A DNA stretch of 64,000 bases from Chiloscyllium plagiosum (GCF_004010195.1 NC_057750.1:192734-256733); one strand, 5' to 3'. Numbered from the stretch's first letter, positions 50,379 through 63,037 are shown. The notes: a model not told the origin generated them from the letters alone. Translations and numbers: made by a program.

Positions 50379-52229
50379 ACAGTATTTATTTTAAAATTAG
50401 CTTTCTCAACTTGCCGCCTTCAGAGATTTGTATCTATATTCTCCAACTGTTTCTTCGCCCCCTTTAACATTTTACCGTTTTATTTATAAAGCTCTGTTCA
50501 TTATCCCAAATAAATTGTGTCGCTGCACACACTCTGTGCTCAATTTCATTTTCCGTGTGCCTCCTGAAGTCTGTTACTATTGTCCCTGCTGTTTGCAACA
50601 TTTCCATCACTCCGCAACTCCCAATTTCCCACAAATGAATGACTTCCATTCAGACTTCAGGATGAGGGGCCCTCACCTCAGGGGAGGCTGAAACATGTTA
50701 TTGGGGTAAAGTAGAGGGAAGTATACTTTGAAGTAGACACATGTCATCTCAGGAATCCAGGCAGTCAAGATGGGAAACGGTTGCTCTCATTGCCCCTTGG
50801 CTTGGATGGGGACAGGGTGGGGGAGGGGTGTGGATTTGTACTGGAGAGTCTAGGAGGGTTATACTCCCCACCATGAGTCACCTTCTGCAGGGGAAGGGCT
50901 GGCAATGGCCTGGGAAAAGAGGGGCATTGGATGAGGAAGGAATTGAAAAAGATTCCTGCTCGAACAGAAAACAGCATCTTTAGTAGTTGCACTGCGTGGT
51001 GTGCAGAAATGTGTGAAGCCCCATAATCTGTGTCTTCCATTTGGATCACTGGGTTTGATGAATTATTCCTAATATAAGGCCCTTCACACTCAAGAATTAA
51101 ATGTTGGCTTCACAGTTACACATTTCATATCATATGATTTTAATGGGTATAGATGTAAGGTCTGTAGCAGGCCTGTCAATGCTCACTGGATGATAGTCTC
51201 CTTTCTCTTTACTGGACTACAGTCAGTTCCAATGTTAATAATGTCTGAAACCTCACTGTTTCTGTATTGCAGATATCGACAAATGTGAAATCCATTCTCT
51301 CCTCTCACCCATCACGTTGCACATGCAAAGAAATATTTTGCACTTGTCAGATTGAGATTGAATAAATATCTGTATAGATTCTTCCTCATGCTCCTCGATT
51401 GCTTATATTTGACATTCACAACAAGCAAGAAATTCCAGAATGAATAATGTCTGTAATATTCAGTGCTCGCAGAAACAGATCTTTAATAAATCTAGCATAT
51501 TAGTGTGATGTGCTGAGGTGATCTAACACCAGAAGATCACAGAGCAAGATTGATAGTACATTCTTTACCAATTGATCTTCTGAATAATACGACAACACTG
51601 AGATTTCATGGGTAATAGTTAATGTTTTATAGCAGAAACATGGAGAACTTCTTAAAATTTTAATAGCCCAGTTAGTAGCAATTCTGAAAAGCTCCATATT
51701 AACTGTTACAATGTCAATTAGAGCACTCATTGCTAAATTGTAAATGAATTTCAAATAATTAAATTCACACTAAAGTACCATTCACTCTCAAGCTCTGTTA
51801 CAAAAGCTAAATTTAATTTATTCCACGCTGCTAAAAATAGTTAATTCTAACTCAGAGACAACTCAACTGGAAATTAGAATTTGGGATGACACTTAACCAA
51901 AAATCAGCTCAGTATTTATTTTGAGGAGTTTCACAGGCAGTTTCTCTCTGTCCTTTTCTCCACATCTCCCCTCATTTTATGTGCATCACGCCTCTAAGAT
52001 ATCCCACTCACGCTATTGGGCACTTACCAACAGTGGACATGCTTGATGTCGCTGGGATTTCTCATATTTCCGGGGCCGGTGCCCGTTCTGTGCCAGGTCA
52101 GATGCTGCAAACTAGGAACTGCCTTTCATTGTGCTCGTAATGGGAGAGAAATGAGGAAGAAAAGTTTTGAGGGCACAAAGAGGTATGGGTGTAAACTCAC
52201 AATCATAAATGTTTTGTTCTGGACTCCTC

Positions 52230-52682
52230 ACTCGCCTGGATGGAGGCAGCTCCAACAACACTCGGGAAGCTTGAAATCATCCAGGAGAAAGTAGCCCCCA
52301 CTTGATTGGCACCACCTCCACAAGCATCAATTCCCTCCACCTCCGATGTTCAGTAGCAGCGTGCGTACTGTTTACAAGATACACTGCAGAAATTCAGCAA
52401 AAATCCTTTGACAGCACTTTCTAAACCTCTGACTACTTCTGTCTAGAAGGACAGGGGCAACAGATACATGGGAACACCACCACCTGCAAGTTTCCCTCCA
52501 AGCCACTTGCCAACCTAACTTGGAAATATATCGCCATTCCGTCAGTACTGCTGAGCCACAATCCTGGAATTCCCTCCCTAAGGGCATTGTGGGTCTACCT
52601 ACAGCAGGTGGACTGCAGCGGTTCAAGAAGGCAGCTCACCACCACCTTCACAAGGGCAACTAGGGACAGGCAATAAATCCTG
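52230..52682 (+). mobile_element. Non-LTR family B 3' end
   Basis: gcagctccaacaacactc..tggaattccctccc..ttcaagaaggcagctcaccaccacctt..gggcaactagggacaggcaataaat. Confidence 0.82.
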
Positions 52683-53444
52683 TCTAACTGACTGCCATAG
52701 TAACGGCAGCTACAAAAAACAGACAATAGAAACTACCTGCCCATAGCAGTTGTTGCAATACAATCTGCTCTTTCCCTTATGCTCAATATAGCATCACATC
52801 TTAACATTGTTCAGTGTAGGAACTTCACATGTTGGAAAGCTTTCAAATGGTTGAAAACATTTAATTTTATGAAACAACAACAAAAGTGAAAAACATTTTT
52901 GCTAAAAACAAGCTGCACTTGCTTCTGGGAATAAACTTGATTTTTGAATAATAGCAAACCTATAGACAATGAACAATTACTGCACCCAGCTCACATCCAG
53001 TAGAATTGACTGTTCCAGCATTCCCATTCTCATCTTTATCCTGGGAAGACTCCTTCCCCCCTTTCCCTACCCTTCAGTCTCCATCACATCCCATTGATTC
53101 CCTTTTCCAGTTCTGCAGGGCATAGGATGCTAGGATTAGGTAGCTCACTGTCTGCACTGTACAGCAAGACCCTTGCCCCCTCCCCAGGCTGATCCAGACA
53201 TCGCCACCTCATCATCACAAGGATTATTATCTGGTTTCCCCCCCCCCACCGGCCATGGGGGAGGAATGAGTTGCTGTGTAACTGGCCTTAGCCTTTGTCG
53301 GCAGTGAGGGTCTGTGTTTAAGTGTCTGGACCAGATTCTTGCTGGCCACTGATGAGATACCTGTTAAAGGGGATCCATTGCATGTTGTCAGTCTTATGAA
53401 CTGCAGCTTCCAGGGCTGCAACCATCCCAAGGAGACCATGTAGC

Positions 53445-53728
53445 CAGGTTCCGTTTCACCCCTGGGATACTGACTGTGTGGAGTTTGCACATTCTCCCCA
53501 TGTCTGCATGGGTTTCCTCCCACAGCCCAGAGATGTACAGGTTAGGGTGGATTGGCCATGCTAAACTGTCTATGGTGATGTGTTAGGCTTAGTGGATTAT
53601 CCATGGGAAATGTGAGGTATGGGATGCGGTGGGGGACTGAGTCTGGATGGGATACTCTTCAGAGGGTCAGTGTCGACTCGATGGGCTGATTGGCCTTCTT
53701 CTGCATTGTAGGGGCTCTATGATTCTAC
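53445..53728 (+). mobile_element. HE1-type V-SINE
   Basis: ctgactgtgtggagtttgcacattctccccatgtctg..ctctatgattcta. Confidence 0.85.
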
Positions 53729-54149
53729 AAGTAGGTTACTGGATACTCCAGCTCACTCCTTCAATCCTTCTTGGAAACCAGAACAGCATCCATGAGCATT
53801 GACTATACTCAGCCCTTTCCCCTTGGCATCTGACGTGCTAGCCTCGCTGCATCATCATAGCACACCTTCCACTCACTTACAGGACAGAGCACATTGACAG
53901 CTATAGTCACAATGCTGTTGCAAGGACACTCTGCACACAGGCATGTGGCATCAGCTCACAAGTTGTGCTGGGCTGTGAGCCCCCTTCCTTGGCACTCATT
54001 CATTGAGCCAACCCCAGACGCTGACAGTGCACTCTGCCTTGCCTGTTTGTGCTCTGCCCCCTCAGTCACAGATACCGGGTTCACAGTCCCCCTGTCTCAC
54101 TGTGCCATTCTGTGCAGTCTGAAAGCTGCCAAGCATGTCCTGGAAGTCA

Positions 54150-54860
54150 CTAGTTCTCAGTCTAGGGAAGTGTTCCCTGAAGAAGGTCGAAGGCAGCCTT
54201 TGATACCAGCCCAGAGGCTTGGACATGGTCAGTAAGACACTTGGGGTGCTCAGAGTCAGGATCCTCTCTCTGTAAGGGGTGAGTATTACACCACCCTGTC
54301 CTGATTCTTTCCAGTTTATTGTTGACCATTTCCTCCTGGCATGAGAGAAAGGGGAGGTGGGAGTGGCTGAAAGAGATCTTAGTGCTGGCAAAGTTGGTGA
54401 GTGAGTGAGCAACACAGAGGGCATTCAGAGTCTGTGGTGAGTGAGGGAGGATGTTGCAGGAAGTAGTGAGAGTGACAGAGTATGAGACTTGATGGGAACT
54501 GGGTGTGTAGTGATTGTAATGAGATAAGTCAGCTGGACCTTATACAGTATGAATTTCCTGATTGGGGCTGTTAATCTGGTCTGATCAGGGAACCTGGCTT
54601 ACACAAAAACAGATGCTGACACTGTGATACTGACTCTGAATGAGGCAGTACTACAGCTAAGGATTGTTCATGTGTAAAAAAAGGGTAACTCGTCCTCTGT
54701 GGAGTTATTTCAAGGTGCAGTAGTGGAGATAGAGTGAGGCTGAGGTAGTAATAGTGGTGATACTTACACTGGCAAAGTGGAGAAGGGTATTGACTTTCCT
54801 CCCTACAGTGCTGGGCATCACTGCAGATGGCTAAGAATGCACTGACCCAGGCTGGCACAG
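54150..54860 (-). mobile_element. Decayed Harbinger Myb/SANT-like gene with retained intron
   Basis: HCR/RKVNTLLHFAS|gtaagt donor (54767-54762); acceptor tttctctcatgccag then EEMVNNKLERIRTG/GGVILTPYRERIL from 54335. Confidence 0.6.
54506..54712 (+). mobile_element. Short solo LTR (family 2), ~207 bp
   Basis: gggtg|TGTAGTGATTG...GTTATTTCA|aggtg (5-bp TSD, one mismatch). Confidence 0.78.
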
Positions 54861-55294
54861 TCTAGTCTCATACTGACCTCTACTGGTCCTAAGGTAAGAA
54901 GTTGTGGAGGAACCTTAAAGTTGGCTTCCTCTCATGTTTCTCTTCAAAGCCCGCCTTGACCTGTTATAGCATGGGAACTCTCACCCGGGTGCTGGTGAAA
55001 TGTGGTCTTGACCCTCACATGGAATTCTGAAACAAAAGGTGGTTACAAACAGGTCATTGAGCTCAATGATTGCTGCCTCACCTCTGGCCTCTTAACCTAA
55101 TACAGCATGATCCTGCCCATTGGATGCTCTTTGTGTAACTAAGCAACACAAAGAGGAATGGGTCATGTTGCCCAAAGTGATGGCAAACCTAGTTTTTAAA
55201 AAGTTATCATTCCAACACATCAGTGGTCAGGATGCGTCCACATTCAAGGTAGCTCAGGAAGAATTAAGGTCATAGAGGGAATGGTTAAAACAAT

Positions 55295-55697
55295 GGGCTG
55301 GAGTTGAGAAGAACGAGGGGGGGATCTGATAGAAGGATTTAAAATGCTAAAGGAGGTTGGTAAGGAGGACATTGAGCAGATGGTTCCCCCTTATGGGACA
55401 GTCTCAAACAAAAGGTCATAGAGTAAGACAAAGTAGATTCAAAACTGAGATGAGGAGAAACTACTTCTCCCAGAGGGTTGTGAATCTGTGGAACTCACTG
55501 TCCCAGAATGTAGTGGGGGCAGAATCGACCAACAGATTCAAGAAAGAAATTGATATGTTTCTGATGAAAAAGGGTTGTGGGGAGCAGGCAGGAAAGTGAA
55601 GTTGAGACCAGGATAAGATCAGCCATGATCATGTTAAATGGTGGGGTGGACATGAAGGGCTGAATTACCTACTCCTGCACCTAATTCCTATGTTCCT
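55295..55697 (+). mobile_element. CR1 3' fragment
   Basis: FKTEMRRNYFSQRVVNLWNSL; ttcctatgttccta tail. Confidence 0.85.
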
Positions 55698-55976
55698 AAG
55701 AAACTTGATCAAGTTTTTTGTTGAAGAAATGATGGATGAAGCCAACCAATCAGCCTCTCTAACCCTGTTGGGTAGGTGTTTGGGAAGGAATAGATCCATT
55801 AGGGCAAAGGTTCATCAGAACCTTACTTGTAGTTTTGTTCTTTGTCTTCTTCTAATTAAAATGACAAAACCTCCTAAATACAGTCATGATTTGGAGATAC
55901 CGGTGTTGGACTGGGCTATACAAAGTTAAAAATCACACAACACCAGGTTATAGTCCAACAGGTTTATTTGGAAGCA

Positions 55977-56011
55977 CACTAGCTTTCGGAGCGACGCTCC
56001 TTCATCAGGTG
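55977..56011 (-). ncRNA. Minimal hammerhead ribozyme motif, intact core
   Basis: Minus strand cac-CTGATGA-A-GGAGC(GTC)GCTCC-GAAAG-CTA-gtg. Confidence 0.75.
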
Positions 56012-56422
56012 ATAGTGGAGGACACAAGTGTAAGGCACAGAATTTATAGCAAAAGTTTACAGTGTGATGTAACTGAAATTATACATTGAAAAATACCTTG
56101 ATTATCTGTTGAGGCTTTCATTTGTTCGAATACCATGATAGTTTCACTTCTTTCATGTGTAAATCACAAAACATTTTTTTAAAAGTTGCATTCTTAGGTT
56201 AACTGTAACTAGCTAACACCCAGTGTTACAGTTAACCTAAGAATGCAACTTTTAAAAAAAGGTTTTGTGATTTACACATGAAAGAAGTGAAACTATCATG
56301 GTATTTGAACAGATGAAAGCCTCAACAAACAATCAAGGTATTTTTCAATGTATAATTTCAGTTACATCACACTGTAAACTTTTGCTATAAATTCTGTGTT
56401 TTAGGATGGAGCCCTCCACTAC

Positions 56423-56457
56423 CACCTGATGAAGGAGCGGCGCTCTGAAAGCTAGTG
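56423..56457 (+). ncRNA. Minimal hammerhead ribozyme motif
   Basis: cac-CTGATGA-A-GGAGC(GGC)GCTCT-GAAAG-CTA-gtg; G.U at the base of helix II. Confidence 0.7.
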
Positions 56458-58634
56458 CTTCCAATTAAACCTGTTGGACTATAACCTGGTGTTATGTGAT
56501 TTTTAACTCCTAAATACAGTCACTAGTAAGTTCTAAAATGGAACCATGAGGCTTTTTCATAGTTATCTGTTATTGAGGTAAAAAGATCATTAATTTATAA
56601 TAATCAGTATTTAATATGAGCTTAGTACATCCTTACTGAGTGAAAATTACTTTCAAATTATTAGACATTGAATTTACATAGATAATTCAAAATCTGTCAC
56701 CAGGGGCAGTGTAGCATCTGATGGAGCTCCTACAGTAATCGTTACCAGATGAAAATAGGTGAATCTAAGTCAGAGCTGTTTGTTGATCTTCTGTAGGAAT
56801 TACCGACAGGACACCAGCCAATTTTGGGAATTGAAATTGAAGTAAGGAACCCGTAAAACAGGTTGTTATCTTTCAATGGTTTAAAGTGGAGACCTGGACC
56901 AGTTTCAATAGCAAACCCTAAGATATAAACTCCTTGGTGGAGCTGCCAATACGAATGCCTTAACCTTAATTTCCTTTTCCTACATTTCATTATTGGTATC
57001 TACCAGAGGTCAGCAGTTTAACCCAATCCTATTATCAGTGTTAAGTTTGTGGGGCTTTGCTCATTGGATGTTTGTATTTAAAAACTGCCTTGTTTCCCTG
57101 TGCAGTGTTGGTCTTTGGACAGGGAGACGTGGAAACTGATGGCAGCACTGTGGGGTAAATAGATTTACAATAATATCTTTGTAAATCTCTGAATGCCTTT
57201 GCTGTCTCAGTCAAAGACAGATATTGGTGCATGAAACCCCCACAACCCTTTCTAAATGCTACAGAAAGCTATGCTTCCATACCCTGATCTATCTCAAACT
57301 CAGCTTCAATTGCACATTGTTGTGAGCTTGAGTCTTAACTTTTCCAACTGCCTCCTAAATGATCAATCCAAGTCCGTCCTCTCAAAACAGACTCATGCTG
57401 ATGTTCCAACTCTAAACACTCAACAATTAATCTGTTCCTGCAATTGGATAACCAGCAGGTTTTCGTAACCAGCAATGGATAACCAGCAGGTTATCAATAT
57501 CCCAACAATCCCCATCCCACCACCACCTCACCTCCCCCAAACACTTTGTGCCAACACTCAAACCCAGTTACTCACTTGGCAGATCAATTGGCTGGCAATG
57601 TTGTCCCCATCTCCTGCCTGCCCTCTTTAGAGTGGAGGTGGGATAGACACATTTGCTTCTTTACAGTAGATCACAGGAGAAGGAGAATAAGTCTCCAGAG
57701 GTCCCCATACAAAAGACTCAACAACTACTGCATAAACCTCATGTTTACCCTCCCTTCCCCATTCAGCTGAACATCATCAAACACGGACTGAAAACACTTT
57801 GATGCAACTCTGAAACCTAGACTGTTCCCAGAGCAAGCAAAGCCAGGTCCACAAAAGAAATGTTTCAGTGTTATCTCTGTGCAATCAAAATGTGTAATAA
57901 CTTAACAGGAAGTCTATCAGAACAGAATCTAGTGAAAATACATTCAGGAAAAAAAACCAGCAAGCAGTGAACCAATTACTCCAGTATCTCATTTACAAAT
58001 AAGAAATTCCAACCACTGTGGAGGTAATGCTTGTTTTTTTTCTTGCCTTCACACACTGATCTTCAGTGCCAAGCCCACGTGTAAATCCTCAGTTTAAATC
58101 ATTGCAGTTTATTGATAGGATTCTAATGACTAATCAGAGTATGCATTGTTCGTGTCTGTATTCCGTGGCCCCTGTCTTTACTGTAAATTACACTGAAAAC
58201 AGACCAAAGATAAATATATTTGCTTTTCGAAGGTAATGGGAAAATTCAGTTATGAATATTTAATACTCAGTTTGCAATGATAGCCAGGCATGAACTGAGA
58301 GTTTGCATTGCCTACAAGAAGTGCAAAAATGGATGTCTTTTTTCCACACAATGAGAACAGCCTTTTGGCTCTAAGCTACTCATTCGTGTCAGATATTACA
58401 CAAAACTGAGCTGTTCTCCAGAATTCAGCTTAATTCTTTCTTTTTGTTATCACCATAAAGACTTATTCATGATTAACTGTTTAAGAAAATGTACTTTTCA
58501 GGAATCATTATCTAATTTATCTTCATACAACAGTAATTATTTCATGTAGAAAGAGTTCTCTAATGATATTTAGTACCATGTCATATTGTAAGGTCAGAAT
58601 TAGCTTTGCTGCATTGATGATCAGTGACCTCTAC

Positions 58635-58775
58635 TCTGTAATGACAGTAATAAGATGAATGACATGTTCAAATGATACTTTGTGGCATTGAGTGAGGGAT
58701 GGAAATTCTGAAAATGATGCTGGCAGAAACTCCGGTTTCTTTGCCAATTATGCCATGGGTTCACCCACTCTAAGC
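58635..58775 (-). mobile_element. Ancient DeuSINE Deu-domain remnant
   Basis: ttgagtgagggatggaaatt..gaaactcc..tgccatgggttcac resembles the reverse complement of the recalled Deu core. Confidence 0.4.
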
Positions 58776-58814
58776 ACCAGATCCCCCACATTCTCTGTCT
58801 GAAGTTCCCTCCAG

Positions 58815-59133
58815 CGACAACCTAGTGGTATTATCACTGGATTGTTAATCCAGAGACCCAGGTAATGTTCCAGGGACCTGGGGTCGAATCTTGCCATGTC
58901 AGAATTTGAGTTCATAAAAATCTGGAATTCGGAGCCTAATGACGACAATGAAGAGATTGCTGATTGTCAGAAAAACCAATCTGGGTCACTAATGCCCCTT
59001 TAGGGAAGGAAACTGCCATCCTTACCTGGTGTGACCTACATGTATCGGCCTTCAGACCCACAGCAATGTGGTTGACTCTAAACTGGCAATAACTTGTGGT
59101 CTAGCCCTCATCCCATAAATGAGTATAGAAAAA
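58815..59133 (+). mobile_element. SINE family B, near full length
   Basis: tagtggtattatcactgg (A box), gggtcgaatc (B box), cactaatgcccctttagggaaggaaactgcc core. Confidence 0.82.
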
Positions 59134-59506
59134 GTGCTACACTCTCACAGTAATGCTATGATCAAGAACATACTCAATTCCCCCTGGATTAGATGTTGCT
59201 AATCAAACTCTCCCAAGACATCATAGCTTGGGAGAGGATCTTGGTCATGTGTGCTTTATATGGTTTCTAATCCTTGATCTCTTTGAGAACCAGAAATCCA
59301 TCAATCTCTGCCATGAATATACTTAATGACTGAGTGTCTACAGTCCTCTCGGTTAGACAAATCAGGTGCTTCTCTGTCACCGTGACCTCCTGTCTCCCAT
59401 TCTTTTCCAGACACAACAAAACGCAGTGATTTTGCTGGATTGAAGAATCAGTTTTTTTTCCCTCTTGTCTTCTACTCAGGAAATATTTGGAGGCAGAAGC
59501 AATAGC

Positions 59507-59815
59507 ATGGATGGTGGCTCAGTGGTTAGCACTGCTGCCTCACAGCACCAGGGACCCGGGTTCAATTCTACCCTCAGGTGACTGTCTGTGTGGAGTTTGC
59601 ACATTCTTCCCATGTCTGTGTGGGTTTCCTCCCACAGTGTAAAGATGTGCAGGTTAGGTGGATTGACATGTTAAATTTCCTGTATTTACCCAAATGGGTG
59701 GATGAGCCATGGTAATATGTGGGGTTATGGGGATAGGGTGTGGAGCTGCGATGGGATGCTCTTCAGAGGGTTGGCGTGGACTCAATGGGCAGAATGGCTT
59801 CTTTCTGCACTGTTG
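59507..59815 (+). mobile_element. HE1-type V-SINE
   Basis: ggtggctcagtggttagcactgctgcctcacagc..gggttcaattc..V-domain. Confidence 0.9.
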
Positions 59816-60544
59816 GGTAGTCAGTGGAGGATAGCAGTAGAACTAACTGCTTGTAGTTTGGAGATGTTTGATAGATTGTTGTCACCAATGACACTTTGGA
59901 ATATTTTTCAGCTAAACTTTATGTTCATCAGAGATAGAACTAATGACAGATAGGTGCTGCATTGATCATCACATTTTGTTTTGGATACCACAATATTATC
60001 AATGTTTCAAGGGTTACAGTATGAGATCAATCTCATAGACCTGGATAATACAATATTGACATTTTCCTAACCAGCCGTGGTCAAAGCTGTTATGGCACAG
60101 CTCTGGAGTAGATGAGACTTAAACCTGGGTCTCCTGGCTCAGAGATAGAGACATTACGACTGCATCACAAGAGCTTCTCAGGATTGCCTGCACTTGAGTA
60201 ATCAAAGGAATTGATTGAATAAATGAGGGAAAGCGATGTCTTCTCTTTGATTCCAGGATTGTGATCCTAACATTCAGAGCTGGACCAGTTAGCTGGAAAA
60301 GGGAAACACTTATAAAGTTATATAGAACATAACAGCTCTCTGGAATTCTCAATTGGGAAATTGCATTAGATATTGGGGATCAATTAATTTTCCGTGATTG
60401 AGATCTTTGGAGTTTTGTTAGGTTAGCAATATCGGGCATCATGGAAATAAGATGGGAAAATGAAGTTCAGATTATAGGTTTATTAAAGTCTAATTGAATA
60501 ATATAACCAGCTAAAGGGGTAGAATAACAACTTCATTTTCCATT

Positions 60545-60825
60545 TGTTCAAGGGATGTGGGCATCTCTGGGTGGGACAGTATTTGTTGTCCATCGCTGAT
60601 TGCATTAAACTGTGGAGTCTATTTAGGTCATTTCAGAGGGCAGTTATGAGTCAAGTATATCACTGTGGATCTGGAGTCCCGTGTAGGTCAGACTAGGTAA
60701 GGACAGATGATTTCCCTCCTTATGGGACATTAGTGACCCAGATGGGTTTTTATGACAATGATTACATGGTCATTAAACTGGCTTTTAATTCCTGACTTTT
60801 ATGAAATTCGAATTTCACCATTTGG
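60545..60825 (-). mobile_element. SINE family B
   Basis: gatttccctccttatgggacattagtgacccagatgggtttt. Confidence 0.75.
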
Positions 60826-60832
60826 AGTTGTA

Positions 60833-60900
60833 ATCTGGTGATATTATCCAGAGGTTATCATCTGGTATTATCTGGTGATATTATCCAGAGGCTATCATCT
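60833..60900. repeat. 31-bp direct duplication, 37-bp period
   Basis: atctggtgatattatccagagg(t/c)tatcatct twice. Confidence 0.85.
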
Positions 60901-62204
60901 CCCACTGTGACTCCAATCCTTCTGACTCCTAAATGATGCAGATTATGAATGAGCTCGAGAGGGGCAGCCAGAAAGATACACAGTCCCTTTACTAAAATCA
61001 CGATAACCATAAAATGTTGGTGGCATACAAATCAATTACTACACAGGCAGCCTCCAACATGCTGATAACGATTGCTTGAAACTTCATTTTAAATAGTTCT
61101 TCCTGGTTGCTGCATTAGATGAGCCCTTTAAGTCAGGAACCAGTAGGAAATGACATGGAGGCCTTCACTAGCAATCCAATCAACAGTCCTCAATGTAATT
61201 TAGGAGGTTATGGGGGTTCAGGAGAGAATCGAAGTCAGCAGAATTTGAGAGGATAGGTATTCTGGCTCCAGAGAGTGCTGCTGTCTTTCCTGACCCATTA
61301 GTAAATAAAAAGTGATTTAAGTAGTTTTGTTTCTCGGACTGCCAGATTCCCCTGTCAGCAGCTTTGATTGACAGTTCAGTCATGGGTGAGAATGCAGTGT
61401 ACTCATTAATATAGAATTACAAAGTAAGATTCCAACTTTACATTATTCACTAAGCCCCTTGAGCCACTTCCATCATTATTGGAAAAGCCACCTGGTTCAT
61501 TAATGCCCTTTAGCGAAGGAAATCTGCCAACTTTACCGGGTCTGGCCTACGTATGACTCAACATAGGAGCAGGAATAGGCCATTCAGCCTCTGCTGCCAT
61601 CCTATACCATAGATGGTCACTGGTTGTACAAACCCTCTGAAAGACACAGAATGGTTATCAGGGATGAAGCAATGGAAAATACCATGTGTTTTTAAAGATG
61701 GAATAGAATAACAATTGGTATAAACTTTGATGTAATGGGTTATGTCAAGGTGAGTTGTACTCTACAGATTAATAGTCACCTGAAACAAGGTTCTTTTTCC
61801 ATCTTTCAATGTTATGGTTGAATTAACATCGGGTTCAATAGAAATACAGTTTACCTCAATTTCTTGATCAATTAACATCCATATTTCCAGAGAGGTAAAA
61901 TGATTAAAAGAACATTGGTGAAGGAATGTCTGAAATTTAAAACACAAAGAAGCTCAGAACTTGAACAAATGCTGGGTTTCTGACAAACAAAGAACCTTCT
62001 GAAAAGATTTTATTTGTTAAGACAAATTAGTACACCATCTGTCTGTCTGATGAGGTGTTTTTATTCACTGCCACCATAAATTTTAGCGACAGTGACTCCT
62101 AATTCCCCCAACTGATGAAGCCAGATAAAACAGCACTGGAGAATTTCAACCCTTCCTTGCCCCCTGCCATTTATATCTTTCATACGGGGACAAGCAAATA
62201 AGAA

Positions 62205-62975
62205 CTCAGTAACAGGCTCTTCGGCCCATCAAGCCTGTATTGTTACATGACACCATTCTAAACTAAAACCCCGTTGCCTTTATGCTATCCATATTCCTCT
62301 ATTCCCTGTCTGTTCATGTATCTGTGAAGATGGCTCTTTACTGTTGCTAATGTAACTGCTTCCACTACCTCCTCTGGCAGCACATTGCAAGGACTCCTCT
62401 GCAAGGACTTACCACCTTCTGTGCAAAAACATTTGTCTCTCACATCTCCTTTAATCTTTCCTCCTTTTACATTAAACCTCTGTCCCCTAGTGACCGATAT
62501 TTCTACCCTGGAAAAAAGACTCTGACTATCCATTCTATCCATACCTCTCATAATTATGTTGACCTTATCAGGTTGCCCCTCAGCCTCTCACATTCAAATG
62601 AAAACAAACTGAGTTTGTCCAATCTCTCTTCATAACCAATACCCTCCAAACAAGGAAATGTCCTGGCTAATGTTTCTGTACCTTCTCTAAAGCCTCCACA
62701 CCCTGCTGTGTAGTGTTGTGACCAGACATGTGCAAAATGTGAAATGAATCAAAGGTTTTGTTGGTAGATTCTCAGAATCACAGAATTGTTACAGCACAGA
62801 GGTGGCTGTTCGGCCCGTCATGCCTGCACCAACTCCAAGTGCCAATCTCATTCCTTTCCCCATATCCCTGAGCATCATTTCTATCCAAATAACCATCCAA
62901 AGTCTCATTTGAACTTGCCTCCACCACATTTCCAGGCAGGGCAATCGAGATCCTAACCACTTACTGGGTGAAAGG
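62205..62975 (-). mobile_element. Two adjacent CR1 3' fragments
   Basis: MRGMDRMDSQSLFSRV..TRGQRF; second tail cagaatcacagaatt at ~62773. Confidence 0.82.
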
Positions 62976-63037
62976 GAAGATGGTTTTAGGGAGTAAGATG
63001 GAGACGTGAGGAAATTTAGGGATTCCATCTTTGTTCT

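Larger units (their letters stand above)
55887..56506. mobile_element. Fold-back PLE insertion (family D): ~285-bp inverted arms, 15-nt loop, 16-bp flanking direct repeat
   Basis: ctcctaaatacagtca at 55871-55886 and 56507-56522; arms ~55924-56209 and 56225-56508; unpaired ~37-nt tail on the left. Confidence 0.88.

Noticed and set aside
51272..51360. Acceptor followed by DIDKCE, resembling a calcium-binding EGF exon start
   Set aside because: The frame lacks the remaining cysteines and hits a stop; no donor or neighbouring exons found.
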